From the IMG/VR virus record IMGVR_UViG_3300028553_001902, positions 1 through 61,925 of that record: DNA of 61,925 nt. One strand, given 5' to 3'. A model generated the notes under the pieces. The model was not told where the DNA came from. It ran no database searches and saw only the letters and a list, made by a program, of their open reading frames with translations. Numbering within the stretch: the first letter of the stretch is position 1; the number at the start of each line of letters is the position of its first letter. Positions 1 through 9,536 of this stretch are shown in pieces. Made by a program: the position numbers and the translations under genes. The stretch is from a virus. Its lineage: Duplodnaviria; Caudoviricetes.

Positions 1-118
1 CACATATATACAATTTAATTTACCCCAAAGTTATTTTTTAAAATCTTCATATCATTTTTCCCCAAATTAAGAGTCCTTATTTTCATTTAGAAAAGAGGAC
101 TTTATATAATGGGGGGTT

Positions 119-514
119 ATGATGAAACAGAATATACTAAACGGAGCTGCAGCCGTAATAGGTGCACTTGTGTCATACTTTTTTGGGGGGTGGACTCCGT
201 TGCTTGGCCTCTTCTTCTTTGTGATTGTGCTCGATTATATGTCGGGGCTGGGTGCGGCTGTCATCAGTGGACAGGGCCTATCTTCTTCAATAGGGTTTAA
301 GGGATTAATTAAAAAATTTGCTATTGTTGCAGTAGTTGCATTGTCACATCAGCTAGACTTAGTGCTTGGAACGAGTGTAATTTTATATGGCTCTATCTAT
401 TTCTTTATATGTAATGAATTAATAAGTATAGTAGAAAATTATGGAAGAATGGGTTTACCACTTCCACCGCAATTAAAAAGAATAATACATGTTTTGAAGC
501 AGAAAGGAGAATAA
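119..514 (+). CDS. Phage holin (toxin secretion/phage lysis holin family)
   Basis: 131 aa with hydrophobic segments and the motifs 'LDYMSG', 'SSSIGFKGLIKK' and 'NELISIVENYGRMGLPLP'; upstream of an endolysin. Confidence 0.9.
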   Translation: MMKQNILNGAAAVIGALVSYFFGGWTPLLGLFFFVIVLDYMSGLGAAVISGQGLSSSIGFKGLIKKFAIVAVVALSHQLDLVLGTSVILYGSIYFFICNELISIVENYGRMGLPLPPQLKRIIHVLKQKGE

Positions 515-515
515 G

Positions 516-851
516 GTGAAGTATAAAATTTGGAATGGAACAGATACTCTAATAACTCCCATTGGTGAAGTTCTTACAGCAGAACAGGTAAAAGCAAAGT
601 ATCCTGCAGCAGCTATGAATAATATGAAATATATCATATGTGACGCCCCAATCTCATTAGGTGTATTTATGGAATTTTATCAGACAAAAGATATGTATAA
701 AAGATTAGGTGCACCAATTACAGATGGTATGACAGATCAAGAAGTACTTGATGCTATTTCTTATTTTGAAGAAAATCCCCCAGCCCCTGAACCAAGTGCT
801 GAAGAAAGAATTGCGGCATCTCTAGAGTTTCAATCTATGATGATGTTATAG
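516..851 (+). CDS. Hypothetical protein (XkdW-like position, precedes XkdX)
   Basis: GTG start after AGGAG; C-terminal 'PEPSAEERIAASLEF' is typical of genes just upstream of XkdX. Confidence 0.6.
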   Translation: MKYKIWNGTDTLITPIGEVLTAEQVKAKYPAAAMNNMKYIICDAPISLGVFMEFYQTKDMYKRLGAPITDGMTDQEVLDAISYFEENPPAPEPSAEERIAASLEFQSMMML

Positions 852-861
852 GAGGATTTAT

Positions 862-996
862 ATGGATTTTGAAATGATTAAAAGAAACTATGATAGAAAA
901 CTATGGAACAAAATAATGGTTGGCAAGGCCGTTGAGAAAGGCGTAATTACTGCGTCCCAGTATCAAGAGATAACAGGCGAAGCTTATGTATCTTAG
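862..996 (+). CDS. XkdX-family small phage protein (not in ORF track)
   Basis: AGGAGG SD then MDFEMIKRNYDRKLWNKIMVGKAVEKGVITASQYQEITGEAYVS*; the 'V.KG.IT..QY.EITGE.Y' signature matches XkdX. Confidence 0.85.
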   Translation: MDFEMIKRNYDRKLWNKIMVGKAVEKGVITASQYQEITGEAYVS

Positions 997-2131
997 ACCA
1001 GAAGATTTAGACCTACTAATCGAGGTAGGTAAAGCACCTTCTCAAATAAAACCAGATGATGCTATATATTATCAGAATTGTCTTTTTGCTGGCTTAGACA
1101 AAGCTAATAAGTATTGGCCTATAGGTCATGTTATAAAGGATGGTAAATATTACCAGAAGTATTATAAAGAACTTCCATGGTCAGCCTTTATCATTCCTTT
1201 TGAAGGTAGACCCTATGTGGGTCAAATTCAGGGGACAGATTATAAGCTAGCATTTCTTTCGACACCTGGGATTAAGAAAGATGGAAAAGTATTTATAAAT
1301 TCAAAGGCAGAAAACACAGCGCCTGATATATTGAGAGCCACAAAACGTTCTGCTATAGGAGTGCTTCCTGATGGAACTATTCGCTTATATACAACACACG
1401 ATAATATAACACTCACAGAGCTAGCTAATAGAATGTCAGATTGTATAGATATTCTGAACCTAGATGGGGGCGGATCTGTCAGCCCAACAAGTGGATGGGA
1501 ACGCCCTACTTCATCAGCACTAATAGTGCGGAAAGGACTACCCATGACAATAAAACATTTTGAAACATATGATAGACTCACATCGCCTTTTGCTGAGCGC
1601 GTTCATCCTATTACAGGGAAAAAGCATTTTCATACAGGAATAGATCTTGTAAAACAACATAAAGGTGAAGTATATGCAACAGCTCCTGGTGACGTGCTTT
1701 TTGCAGCGTTTGCACAAACAGGCACTGGCTTAGGCGGATTTGGCAATACTGTGTGCGTCCTTGACAAGAACAAACATGTTCATATTTATGCTCACTTAGA
1801 TAGTATTGTTGCTCGCCTAGATCAAAAAGTAGATAAGGGTACATTGCTAGGCTATCAGGGCAATACAGGCCAATCTGCTGGGTCCCATCTTCATTATGAA
1901 ATACGGTCGAAGTCAAGTCCTAGTTTTGGCTGGAAATTTCATGTAGACCCTCTTAAATACTTGGACAAATATTGGGCCGAAGTTGAGGCAGAAGAAGCAG
2001 CCAAGAAAAAAGATTGGCGCCAAGATGGGTTAGAATTCTTGCAAAAAAACTACGGTATTTCTGCTGATTGGAAAGCAACAGACCCAGTTGATATGGGAAC
2101 TCTAGGAATCATTTTGAGTAGGAGGAAATAA
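986..2131 (+). CDS. Endolysin: phosphodiester glycosidase (NAGPA-like) domain fused to an M23 peptidase
   Basis: N-half 'RSAIGV...ILNLDGGGS'; C-half 'HTGID', 'YAHL' and 'GNTGQSAGSHLHYEIR' M23 zinc motifs; lies between two holins. Confidence 0.85.
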   Translation: MYLRPEDLDLLIEVGKAPSQIKPDDAIYYQNCLFAGLDKANKYWPIGHVIKDGKYYQKYYKELPWSAFIIPFEGRPYVGQIQGTDYKLAFLSTPGIKKDGKVFINSKAENTAPDILRATKRSAIGVLPDGTIRLYTTHDNITLTELANRMSDCIDILNLDGGGSVSPTSGWERPTSSALIVRKGLPMTIKHFETYDRLTSPFAERVHPITGKKHFHTGIDLVKQHKGEVYATAPGDVLFAAFAQTGTGLGGFGNTVCVLDKNKHVHIYAHLDSIVARLDQKVDKGTLLGYQGNTGQSAGSHLHYEIRSKSSPSFGWKFHVDPLKYLDKYWAEVEAEEAAKKKDWRQDGLEFLQKNYGISADWKATDPVDMGTLGIILSRRK

Positions 2132-2136
2132 TTTAT

Positions 2137-2340
2137 ATGCAAAATCGCCTAAAAAATTATGGCCTTTGGACATCTCTAGCCGCACTCGTATTTATGATTC
2201 TTCAGAATTCTGGTGTAAATATTTTACCAGAAGATTGGAACTCTTATGTAAATTCAATTTTAGGTATTTTAATTTTACTAGGAATTGTTAATAATCCAGA
2301 TACAGAAAACCATGGATTTCAAGACGATAAAGCCCCTTAA
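2137..2340 (+). CDS. Small holin
   Basis: 67 aa with two TM segments; 'NRLKNYGLW' and 'LGIVNNP' motifs. Confidence 0.8.
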   Translation: MQNRLKNYGLWTSLAALVFMILQNSGVNILPEDWNSYVNSILGILILLGIVNNPDTENHGFQDDKAP

Positions 2341-2358
2341 TAGGGGCTTTATTTTTTT
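2327..2358 (+). terminator. Rho-independent terminator of the lysis cassette
   Basis: ATAAAGCCCCT-TAAT-AGGGGCTTTAT followed by a T-run. Confidence 0.85.
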
Positions 2359-2359
2359 C

Positions 2360-2388
2360 TTGACAGATGCCCTAAATTATGGTATAAT
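2360..2388 (+). promoter_or_regulatory. Sigma-70/A promoter
   Basis: TTGACA-N17-TATAAT with extended TG. Confidence 0.9.
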
Positions 2389-2418
2389 TATATTATATAA
2401 AAGAAAAAGGTGATATGT

Positions 2419-2601
2419 ATGAGAAACTTTACCATTTCCAAATTTTTATGCACAGTATGTAGTAATGAAACATTTCTTCCACGTAAAGCTTCTCAGCAAC
2501 GCGAACGAAATCATTTAAAGAAGATTTATTGTATTAAATGTCGAGATGAAATAAATCATATCGAAAAGAGGGAATTTGATTGGGAGGCAAAAAGCGTATG
2601 A
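2419..2601 (+). CDS. Zinc-ribbon protein resembling ribosomal protein bL33
   Basis: CxxC...LKKIYCxxC...H.E spacing as in Zn-binding bL33; AGGTGA SD before ATG 2419. Confidence 0.55.
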   Translation: MRNFTISKFLCTVCSNETFLPRKASQQRERNHLKKIYCIKCRDEINHIEKREFDWEAKSV

Positions 2602-3023
2602 GGCGTAGATTCTATTATGATAAAGATATGGGTGTTGCACGAGTAGTTCTAAATAAAAAAGGCATTACAGCGTGGGGTGTTGCGCGACTACATCCAGATG
2701 ACCAAGATTATGGAAGCGAATACACAGGCTTAGGAATCGCTGAGATGCGTGCACAAAAAGATTTTTTACAAAAGCGTGCAAGGCTTAAGCGAAAAGAATA
2801 TAAGCGATTGCTAGCTAGGGCTGAATATTATAAAAGCCTATATGAATCAGATTTTGAGCGAGCTAAAGAATTAGATGAGGCTATTGGACAATTTATTCAG
2901 GACAAGGCTGATCTACATCAAAAACTTAGAAATCCACAAAAACGCACAGAATGGAAATCATTGCCAGATAATTTTTTTGATGGAGCTGAATTAGATGGAA
3001 ACACTGCTAGAGCGCTGGAGTAA
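2598..3023 (+). CDS. Hypothetical phage protein
   Basis: ORF with GGAGG SD and ATGA overlap; 'GVARLHPDD...G..IAE.RA' motif seen in phage hypotheticals. Confidence 0.7.
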   Translation: MRRRFYYDKDMGVARVVLNKKGITAWGVARLHPDDQDYGSEYTGLGIAEMRAQKDFLQKRARLKRKEYKRLLARAEYYKSLYESDFERAKELDEAIGQFIQDKADLHQKLRNPQKRTEWKSLPDNFFDGAELDGNTARALE

Positions 3024-3204
3024 GGCTGAAGAAGAAATGAAAGTCTACGATACACAACTACAAAGAATTTCACAAACACCCCTATTTCAAGATATGCTAC
3101 TTAATAAAGCCCCAAAAATTTCAGACCCTAAATCACAACTATTCAACAATCTGCCCAAGGTGGTGCGTCGAACTCGTGTTTCAAATAGAAAAACTAAAAA
3201 ATAA
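2995..3204 (+). CDS. Hypothetical protein
   Basis: ORF in a tightly packed operon, GGAG upstream. Confidence 0.55.
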   Translation: METLLERWSKAEEEMKVYDTQLQRISQTPLFQDMLLNKAPKISDPKSQLFNNLPKVVRRTRVSNRKTKK

Positions 3205-3466
3205 AACTTATATTGTCTATAATAAAAATTATAGATTTAAAGAAGATTGGACATTACAAGCCCACTTATTAGGAATTAATAAAGCTCTCGATTGGATTGC
3301 GTTCGTTGATACAGCTTATCCTCAGCAAGTTAAAGTTAATAGAGAAACTTATATATGTGATATTGATAAAGTTTTTCGTGGGCAAGCAGGACTCCGCCTA
3401 GAGTTTTTAAATGAAGAGTCGGCCCAAAACTATTGTAATAAACTGAATGAGGTATACGCAAAATGA
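3176..3466 (+). CDS. Hypothetical protein
   Basis: ORF ending in an ATGA overlap with the next gene. Confidence 0.6.
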   Translation: MFQIEKLKNKTYIVYNKNYRFKEDWTLQAHLLGINKALDWIAFVDTAYPQQVKVNRETYICDIDKVFRGQAGLRLEFLNEESAQNYCNKLNEVYAK

Positions 3467-3894
3467 AAACAATAGTTCTTGTAACAGGTGGTTTTGACCC
3501 TATTCATTCGGGACATATAGCTTATTTCAATGCGGCAAAAGCATTGGGAGACTTTTTAGTAGTTGGAATAAATAGTGATGAATGGCTTACACGAAAAAAG
3601 GGTAAGCCTTTTTTAACTTGGGATGAGCGAGAATCTGTTATTTCTAATTTAAGAATGGTTGATTTGGTTTTACATTTTGACGATACAGATAATTCAGCAA
3701 AAGATGCTATTATAAAGGTAAGAAAACTATTTACAACTAAGCACATTATATTCGCCAATGGTGGCGATCGAACAAAAGATAATATACCAGAAATGTCAAT
3801 AAAAGACGATAATTTAACTTTTAAGTTTGCAGTTGGTGGAGACTACAAGAAGAATAGTTCAAGTTGGATTCTGGAGAAATGGAGTGCTAAATGA
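3463..3894 (+). CDS. Cytidylyltransferase-family nucleotidyltransferase (TagD/RfaE-II like)
   Basis: 'TGGFDPIHSGH' HxGH motif, 'VVGINSD', 'FANGGDR', 'SSS'. Confidence 0.9.
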   Translation: MKTIVLVTGGFDPIHSGHIAYFNAAKALGDFLVVGINSDEWLTRKKGKPFLTWDERESVISNLRMVDLVLHFDDTDNSAKDAIIKVRKLFTTKHIIFANGGDRTKDNIPEMSIKDDNLTFKFAVGGDYKKNSSSWILEKWSAK

Positions 3895-4586
3895 TTAATC
3901 TAGATTGGGTTTATATAATTTGTTCTGAAAAATTTGAAAAAGAACGATACGATAATTGGGCTAATTGGCTATCAACTAATAGTATAAAAGGCAGCATTGA
4001 GTTTTATAAATGGGGCACTGAGCTATCAGAAGATGAAGTAAATCAATACGTAGTAAGAGATGGGACATTAGAATCATTATATCCATGGAGAACTGGCTAC
4101 CCAATTAGAAATTCAGAAGCTTCTATTGCAATAAATTTTTTAAAGGTATTTGAAGATGCATATAATAAGAGCTATGATAAAATTTTAATTTTAGAAAGTG
4201 ATGTAATTCTTCACCCTAATTTTATTTTAATTATGAATGAAATTATGAGGACAGTCCAAGACGTTGACTTTAATTGCATTTCTATTGGTTGTGGTATGGG
4301 GCTTAGATTGCAGTCAGATGGTCAGCAAGTTATATTATCCCCAGTTGATCAATTTAGATGCGCTGATAGTCTAATATTCAATCGAACAGCTATAAAACAT
4401 TTTCATGAGAACTTGAAGCAAATTAAATTACCTATTGATGAAGAATTTACAAATGCAGTAAGAAATAATAAAGTTGCAGTATTTTGGCTTGAGCCCCCAA
4501 TCGCAATTCAAGGCTCGCAAGTTATTGGAAATGAAAGCTCTGTTCAATATGGAAATCCCTATAACTTACAAGTGCCTTGGAGATAA
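3891..4586 (+). CDS. Glycosyltransferase, GT25-like
   Basis: 'ILILESDV' and 'LPIDEEF' motifs of GT25; cluster context. Confidence 0.7.
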   Translation: MINLDWVYIICSEKFEKERYDNWANWLSTNSIKGSIEFYKWGTELSEDEVNQYVVRDGTLESLYPWRTGYPIRNSEASIAINFLKVFEDAYNKSYDKILILESDVILHPNFILIMNEIMRTVQDVDFNCISIGCGMGLRLQSDGQQVILSPVDQFRCADSLIFNRTAIKHFHENLKQIKLPIDEEFTNAVRNNKVAVFWLEPPIAIQGSQVIGNESSVQYGNPYNLQVPWR

Positions 4587-4588
4587 AC

Positions 4589-5299
4589 ATGAACATACAA
4601 CCTTTTATATTTAATTGGCGAGGCCAATATGAAAAAACTTGTAAAATTGAATCTGATTTAAAGAATATTTTTGATAAGGTAACTGTCATAAATAGCGATG
4701 ATAATAATAAAAAAGACGAATGGGTAAATATAGGTGAAGAATCTTACTTTGCTCATCAATTTTTAAAAGCAATTGAATTATTTGATGGAGATATATTTTT
4801 TCATATTCAAGGTGATATTACTTTTGATAAGTGGCAGGATTTAGTAAAAGATGGAATAAAATATTTTGATGAATTTGGATGGGGTATTTATGCGCCCAAC
4901 GTAGACTATACTTGGTACAGCGCAAATAATGCAGATGTAAATACAATACAATTCAAACAATACGAGAATTTAAAAGTTGTATCAAATCCAGACTGTACAG
5001 TATGGATGATACATAAAGATGTATTAAGTATTTTGAAAAATGCTGTGCCACAATTAACTCATTTAAAATATGGTTGGGGCCTCGATCTTTTATTATGTGC
5101 CAATTCTTTTTTACAAAAAAGATTGGTTATAAGAGATTATAATTATACAGTTCAGCACCCCCAAGGCACTGGTTATGCACAAGAAGAAGCATATAAAGAA
5201 ATGCAATATCTTATTGAAAAGTGCGATCAGAACTTACAAACCACTATTCATACTATAAGATTTTATAAAGATGAATTAGTCCATTATTTTGGAGGTTAA
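4589..5299 (+). CDS. Putative GT-A fold glycosyltransferase
   Basis: 'HIQGD', 'GIYAP', 'YGWGLD' motifs; cluster context. Confidence 0.55.
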   Translation: MNIQPFIFNWRGQYEKTCKIESDLKNIFDKVTVINSDDNNKKDEWVNIGEESYFAHQFLKAIELFDGDIFFHIQGDITFDKWQDLVKDGIKYFDEFGWGIYAPNVDYTWYSANNADVNTIQFKQYENLKVVSNPDCTVWMIHKDVLSILKNAVPQLTHLKYGWGLDLLLCANSFLQKRLVIRDYNYTVQHPQGTGYAQEEAYKEMQYLIEKCDQNLQTTIHTIRFYKDELVHYFGG

Positions 5300-5300
5300 A

Positions 5301-6164
5301 ATGAACATCTCTTATATTGATATGTGGCCAGGCTTCGATGTACATTCTAACTGGTTTAATCTAGTTTTTAAAGACTTATTGAATGATAAAGAGATTAACT
5401 TTAATTCCTCTCCAGAAGAAGCAGATTTAATACTTGGTGCTACATTCGGAAAAAGAATTGAATCTGTAAAAAATGACAAGGCAATAAAAATATTTTATAC
5501 AGGTGAAAATAAATCTCCTAATCTAATTAACTATGACTACTCTTTATCTTTTGACTTTGATACACACGATGGAAGAAACTTTAGACTTCCTCATTGGTAT
5601 TTATATATTAATTGGTGGGATGAGCCTAATTTTATTCATGCAGAAATAAAGAAGTCTGACCTATTGTATCAATGGGATGTGGATGAGGTTTGGAATAGAC
5701 CATACTTTTGTAGCATTGTTATTGGTAATCCTGTTCCCAATAGATTAGAAGTTGCAAATAAATTGAATCAGTATAAACCTGTATATGGATTTGGCTCTGT
5801 ATTTAACAATCCATTTGCGGGTTCCAAAATTGAATTGTTGAAAAATTTTAGATTCAATATTTGCTTTGAAAATGCACTTTCAAATGGCTATATAACAGAA
5901 AAGGTTCTTGAGGCTAAAGTTGCTGGTACAGTTCCACTATATTTTGGACACGATTCTGTGAGAAAAGATTTCAATAGTTTGAGCTTTATAAATTATAAAA
6001 ATTTTTTAGATTTAGAAAATTTTTATAAATATATAGACTATCTTGAAAAAAATAAAGATTCATTCGCAAGAATTGTTCGTGAATTTGTATTTGACGATAT
6101 GCCAACACTAGGCCCTCTATATGACTTTTTAAGGAAAATTTTAATCTCAAGAGGTATTATATGA
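5301..6164 (+). CDS. GT10 alpha-1,3/4-fucosyltransferase-like protein
   Basis: 'FYTGEN' and the GT10 signature 'FRFNICFENALSNGYITEK...GTVPLYFG'. Confidence 0.9.
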   Translation: MNISYIDMWPGFDVHSNWFNLVFKDLLNDKEINFNSSPEEADLILGATFGKRIESVKNDKAIKIFYTGENKSPNLINYDYSLSFDFDTHDGRNFRLPHWYLYINWWDEPNFIHAEIKKSDLLYQWDVDEVWNRPYFCSIVIGNPVPNRLEVANKLNQYKPVYGFGSVFNNPFAGSKIELLKNFRFNICFENALSNGYITEKVLEAKVAGTVPLYFGHDSVRKDFNSLSFINYKNFLDLENFYKYIDYLEKNKDSFARIVREFVFDDMPTLGPLYDFLRKILISRGII

Positions 6165-7075
6165 GCAATAATTTTTTTGAAATAAACACACTTATTTCAA
6201 ATTGGATAAAAGAAAATAAATCTTTTTCTATAGTAAGAATTGATAATACGGTAGGCCATGTTTTATCCTTTCAAGATATGGGGGCTAGACCCTTTGAATC
6301 TATTTGGAATACTAGTGTTCTTGTTGAGGCTGGAATATATCCTCCAACAATGGAATATGCTTATCAAAAAGTATTGCCAAAAGTTTTAGATGCTGCATTA
6401 AAATCTGATATTCTAGGTTTTGTTGATGTGGGCGAAGAATTAAGGCACAATCATAGATTCTTAGAAAAATTTAAAGATAAGCCAGTTTTTTTTACTGGCG
6501 ATAGTTATCATGTGTTAGACCCAGGGTGTCTTCTTCTTGGGGCAAAATTTGGCAAACCAGAAGAACCTTGGACAAAAAATTTGAAGGACAAAAAGGTACT
6601 GGTCATAAGTCCACACTACGAAAGCATACTTAGACAATGGGAAAAGATTGATTTAGTATGGGGTGAGAATAAAAATAACATAGTTCCTTTTGAATTGGTG
6701 GATTGTATTAGAGCGCCACTTCATCCCTTATTAGATGATAGACAATATCCTAATTGTAACTCATGGGAAGATACTGTTGAATATATAAAAGCCAAAATTC
6801 AAACGTATGACTACGATATTCTTCTTTCAGCAGTATCTCAACAATCTGCATTATATGCTAATTTTGCAAAAGAAAATGGTAAGGTTGGGATTCAAACAGG
6901 TGGTATATTGCAATTATTTTTTGGTATAAAAGGTAATAGATGGATGAATCATGAAATTTATTTTGGTTGGCACGAAATGATGAACGAACATTGGATATAT
7001 CCTTTGCAAATAGATGAGCCACAAAGAAAAAATCAATATAGTTCTCTGGAGACAAATTATGCATATTGGAGATAG
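6161..7075 (+). CDS. Putative GT-D fold-like glycosyltransferase
   Basis: 'FSIVRID', 'LKDKKVLVISP', 'GIQTGGILQLFFGIKGNRW' pattern seen in glycan-cluster proteins. Confidence 0.55.
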   Translation: MSNNFFEINTLISNWIKENKSFSIVRIDNTVGHVLSFQDMGARPFESIWNTSVLVEAGIYPPTMEYAYQKVLPKVLDAALKSDILGFVDVGEELRHNHRFLEKFKDKPVFFTGDSYHVLDPGCLLLGAKFGKPEEPWTKNLKDKKVLVISPHYESILRQWEKIDLVWGENKNNIVPFELVDCIRAPLHPLLDDRQYPNCNSWEDTVEYIKAKIQTYDYDILLSAVSQQSALYANFAKENGKVGIQTGGILQLFFGIKGNRWMNHEIYFGWHEMMNEHWIYPLQIDEPQRKNQYSSLETNYAYWR

Positions 7076-8384
7076 TAAATTAAATAATATTTTAAATTTA
7101 ATACAAGAGTATATAGAAGAAAAACAAGCTACAAAAACTTGGACTGCTGGAAAAGATTATGTTAACTATGCAGGTTCGTACTTTGACCACTCTGAATATG
7201 TGGCCGCAGTCCAAAGTTTATTAAATGGTTGGCTGGTGATGGGTTCAGATTCTCTAAAATTTGAAAGTAAGTTTCCTAGATTTTTTGATAAGAGCTATGG
7301 AATACTGACAAATAGTGGATCGAGTGCCAATCTACTCATGATGACAAGTCTTACAAGTAAAAATGGACATAATTTTCCCAAAGGAACAAAAGTTCTTGTG
7401 CCTGTTGCTGGATTTCCCACAACATTGAATCCTATTCTACAAGTTGGATTTGAACCTATATTTGTAGATATAGAACTAGAAACTTTAAATATAGATTTAG
7501 ATCAAGCTGAAAAAGCTCTACAAGAAAATGATATTAAAGTAATTACATTTGCTCATGTTTTAGGTAATCCGCCGAATATGAATCGCGTCATGGATCTGGT
7601 AAAAAAATACAACTTAATTTTATTAGAAGATTGCTGTGATGCACTTGGCTCAACATTTCAAGGTAAGCCATTGGGAAGCTTTGGAGAGATGGCCTCCTGT
7701 AGTTTCTATCCCGCACATCATATTACAATGGGCGAAGGTGGCTTTGTTTCGTGTAATACAAAAGAGCAAGAAACCATTCTAAGAAGTTTTAGAGAATGGG
7801 GTCGTGGTTGTTATTGCGTAGGACCAAAAGCAAATACTTTAAAATGTGGAACATGTAATAAGAGATTTAGCAACTGGCTACCATCAATGCCCAATGAAAT
7901 ATTTGACCATAAATATGTATATGAAGAAATTGGATACAATCTAAAGCCAATCGAACTTCAGGCCTCTATGGGATTACAGCAGTTGGAAAAATTAGAAACA
8001 ATAACAAATTTAAGAATTAGAAATTACAACTTACTTTTTGCTATATATGAAAAATATGAGGATTTTTTCTTTCTACCAAAAGCTACAAATGGCAGTGTTC
8101 CCAGCTGGTTTGCTTTTCCACTTACTATAAAAGATGTAGCACCTTTTTCTAGGGCAAAGTATATTGACTTCTTAGAAGATAAAAAAATTCAAACTAGACC
8201 ATATTTTGCAGGTAACATTATGTTGCAACCAGCGTATGCTGATATAGCAAAGGATTTGCACAAGTACCCAAATGCAACAAAAGTTACACTTGATACATTT
8301 TTTCATGGAACTAGTCCCGTTATAACACCTGAACAAATTGATTATATTGGACAATGTGTTGATGAATTTTTTAGGAGTATATAA
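7059..8384 (+). CDS. rfbH: RfbH/DdhC-like NDP-4-keto-6-deoxyhexose 3-dehydrase (DegT/DnrJ family)
   Basis: 'NSGSSANL', 'EDCCDALG', 'SFYPAHHITMGEGG' (His in place of the PLP Lys), 'WGRGCYC', 'DHKYVY..IGYNLK'; start uncertain (7014 or 7059). Confidence 0.88.
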   Translation: MHIGDSKLNNILNLIQEYIEEKQATKTWTAGKDYVNYAGSYFDHSEYVAAVQSLLNGWLVMGSDSLKFESKFPRFFDKSYGILTNSGSSANLLMMTSLTSKNGHNFPKGTKVLVPVAGFPTTLNPILQVGFEPIFVDIELETLNIDLDQAEKALQENDIKVITFAHVLGNPPNMNRVMDLVKKYNLILLEDCCDALGSTFQGKPLGSFGEMASCSFYPAHHITMGEGGFVSCNTKEQETILRSFREWGRGCYCVGPKANTLKCGTCNKRFSNWLPSMPNEIFDHKYVYEEIGYNLKPIELQASMGLQQLEKLETITNLRIRNYNLLFAIYEKYEDFFFLPKATNGSVPSWFAFPLTIKDVAPFSRAKYIDFLEDKKIQTRPYFAGNIMLQPAYADIAKDLHKYPNATKVTLDTFFHGTSPVITPEQIDYIGQCVDEFFRSI

Positions 8385-8385
8385 A

Positions 8386-9006
8386 ATGGATAAAGAAAAT
8401 TTGATACAGTTTGAAAGTTTAGTTGCTGAAAAATTTAATAATGCGGAAATTAAAGCACCCATACATTTATACTATAATAACGAGCAACAAATTCAAAAAG
8501 TCTTTGAAAGAGTAGATGTAAAAAATGATTGGGTTTGTTGCACTTGGAGAAATCATTATCAATGCCTGTTAAAGGGCGTACCCCCAGACGAATTATTATC
8601 AAAAATAGTTGAGGGAAAGAGTATGGTAATGAATTTAAACGAGTACAAAATTGTCTGCTCTTCTATTGTTGGAGGAATTCCATCTATTGCTGTTGGAATA
8701 GCTGAATCTATAAAAAGAAAAGAAGAAGATTCAAAGGTATGGTGTTGGCTGGGTGATATGAGCGCTGAAACAGGTGCCTTCCATGAAGCATATAAATACT
8801 CAGTTAATCATAACCTGCCCATAACATTTGTCGTAGAAGATAACGGCCTATCAGTTACTACTCCAACAGATTTAATTTGGGGCAGAGATAAGCCATGGTA
8901 TATATCGAATGTAGCAAATTGGGTCGAACAGCCTAATTTAATATATTATAAATATACCAATACAAAATATCCTCATGCGGGCGCTGGAAGGAGGATACAG
9001 TTTTGA
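8386..9006 (+). CDS. TPP-dependent enzyme, E1-alpha-like subunit (short)
   Basis: 'WRNHY', 'SSIVGG', TPP motif 'LGDMSAETG...VVEDN'; AGGAG SD. Confidence 0.85.
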   Translation: MDKENLIQFESLVAEKFNNAEIKAPIHLYYNNEQQIQKVFERVDVKNDWVCCTWRNHYQCLLKGVPPDELLSKIVEGKSMVMNLNEYKIVCSSIVGGIPSIAVGIAESIKRKEEDSKVWCWLGDMSAETGAFHEAYKYSVNHNLPITFVVEDNGLSVTTPTDLIWGRDKPWYISNVANWVEQPNLIYYKYTNTKYPHAGAGRRIQF

Positions 9007-9536
9007 CACAACAATATTATAAAGAAAAATTAGAAGAGGCCATGATATGGCTCTCCGAGCAAAGCGATACTTTATTTATTGGTCAATCTGTTTCATGGGG
9101 AGGTACTGGAATGTTTGATACATTGCAAAAAATATCAGATGATAAAAGACTAGAATTTCCTGTGGCTGAGAATTTTCAACTAGGCTTTAGTGTAGGAATG
9201 GCGCTAAATGGATTTGTCCCAATCTCTGTATTTCCAAGATGGAACTTCCTTATCTGTGCAACAGATCAACTTGTAAATCATTTAGATAAACTATATTTCA
9301 TGAGCGACGGAGAATATAATCCAAAGGTTATAGTGCGTGTTGCGGTAGGGTCAGAAATTCCAGTTGACCCACAAGATCAACATAAAGGAAATTTCTCTGA
9401 TGCATTTAGATTGATGTGTAAGAATATAGATATAGTTGAATTGAAAAATCCAGAAAAAATACTAGATGAATATAAAGATGCATACTATAAAAATAAAAGT
9501 ACTATCTTAGTGGAATTTCCAGATTATGGAAAATAA
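9003..9536 (+). CDS. TPP-dependent enzyme, E1-beta/transketolase pyrimidine-binding subunit (short)
   Basis: 'EFPVAEN..LG...GMAL.G', 'DQLVNH', 'QH'. Confidence 0.85.
   Translation: MTQQYYKEKLEEAMIWLSEQSDTLFIGQSVSWGGTGMFDTLQKISDDKRLEFPVAENFQLGFSVGMALNGFVPISVFPRWNFLICATDQLVNHLDKLYFMSDGEYNPKVIVRVAVGSEIPVDPQDQHKGNFSDAFRLMCKNIDIVELKNPEKILDEYKDAYYKNKSTILVEFPDYGK

Noticed and set aside
70-125. Inverted repeat AGTCCT...AGGACT and ATGATG before the holin as a dual-start holin/antiholin control
   Set aside because: No charged residue separates the two Met codons and the hairpin is weak; insufficient support
8386-9536. Pyruvate dehydrogenase as a central-metabolism auxiliary gene
   Set aside because: Both subunits are much shorter than PDH E1, no E2/E3 is present, and they sit among NDP-sugar enzymes
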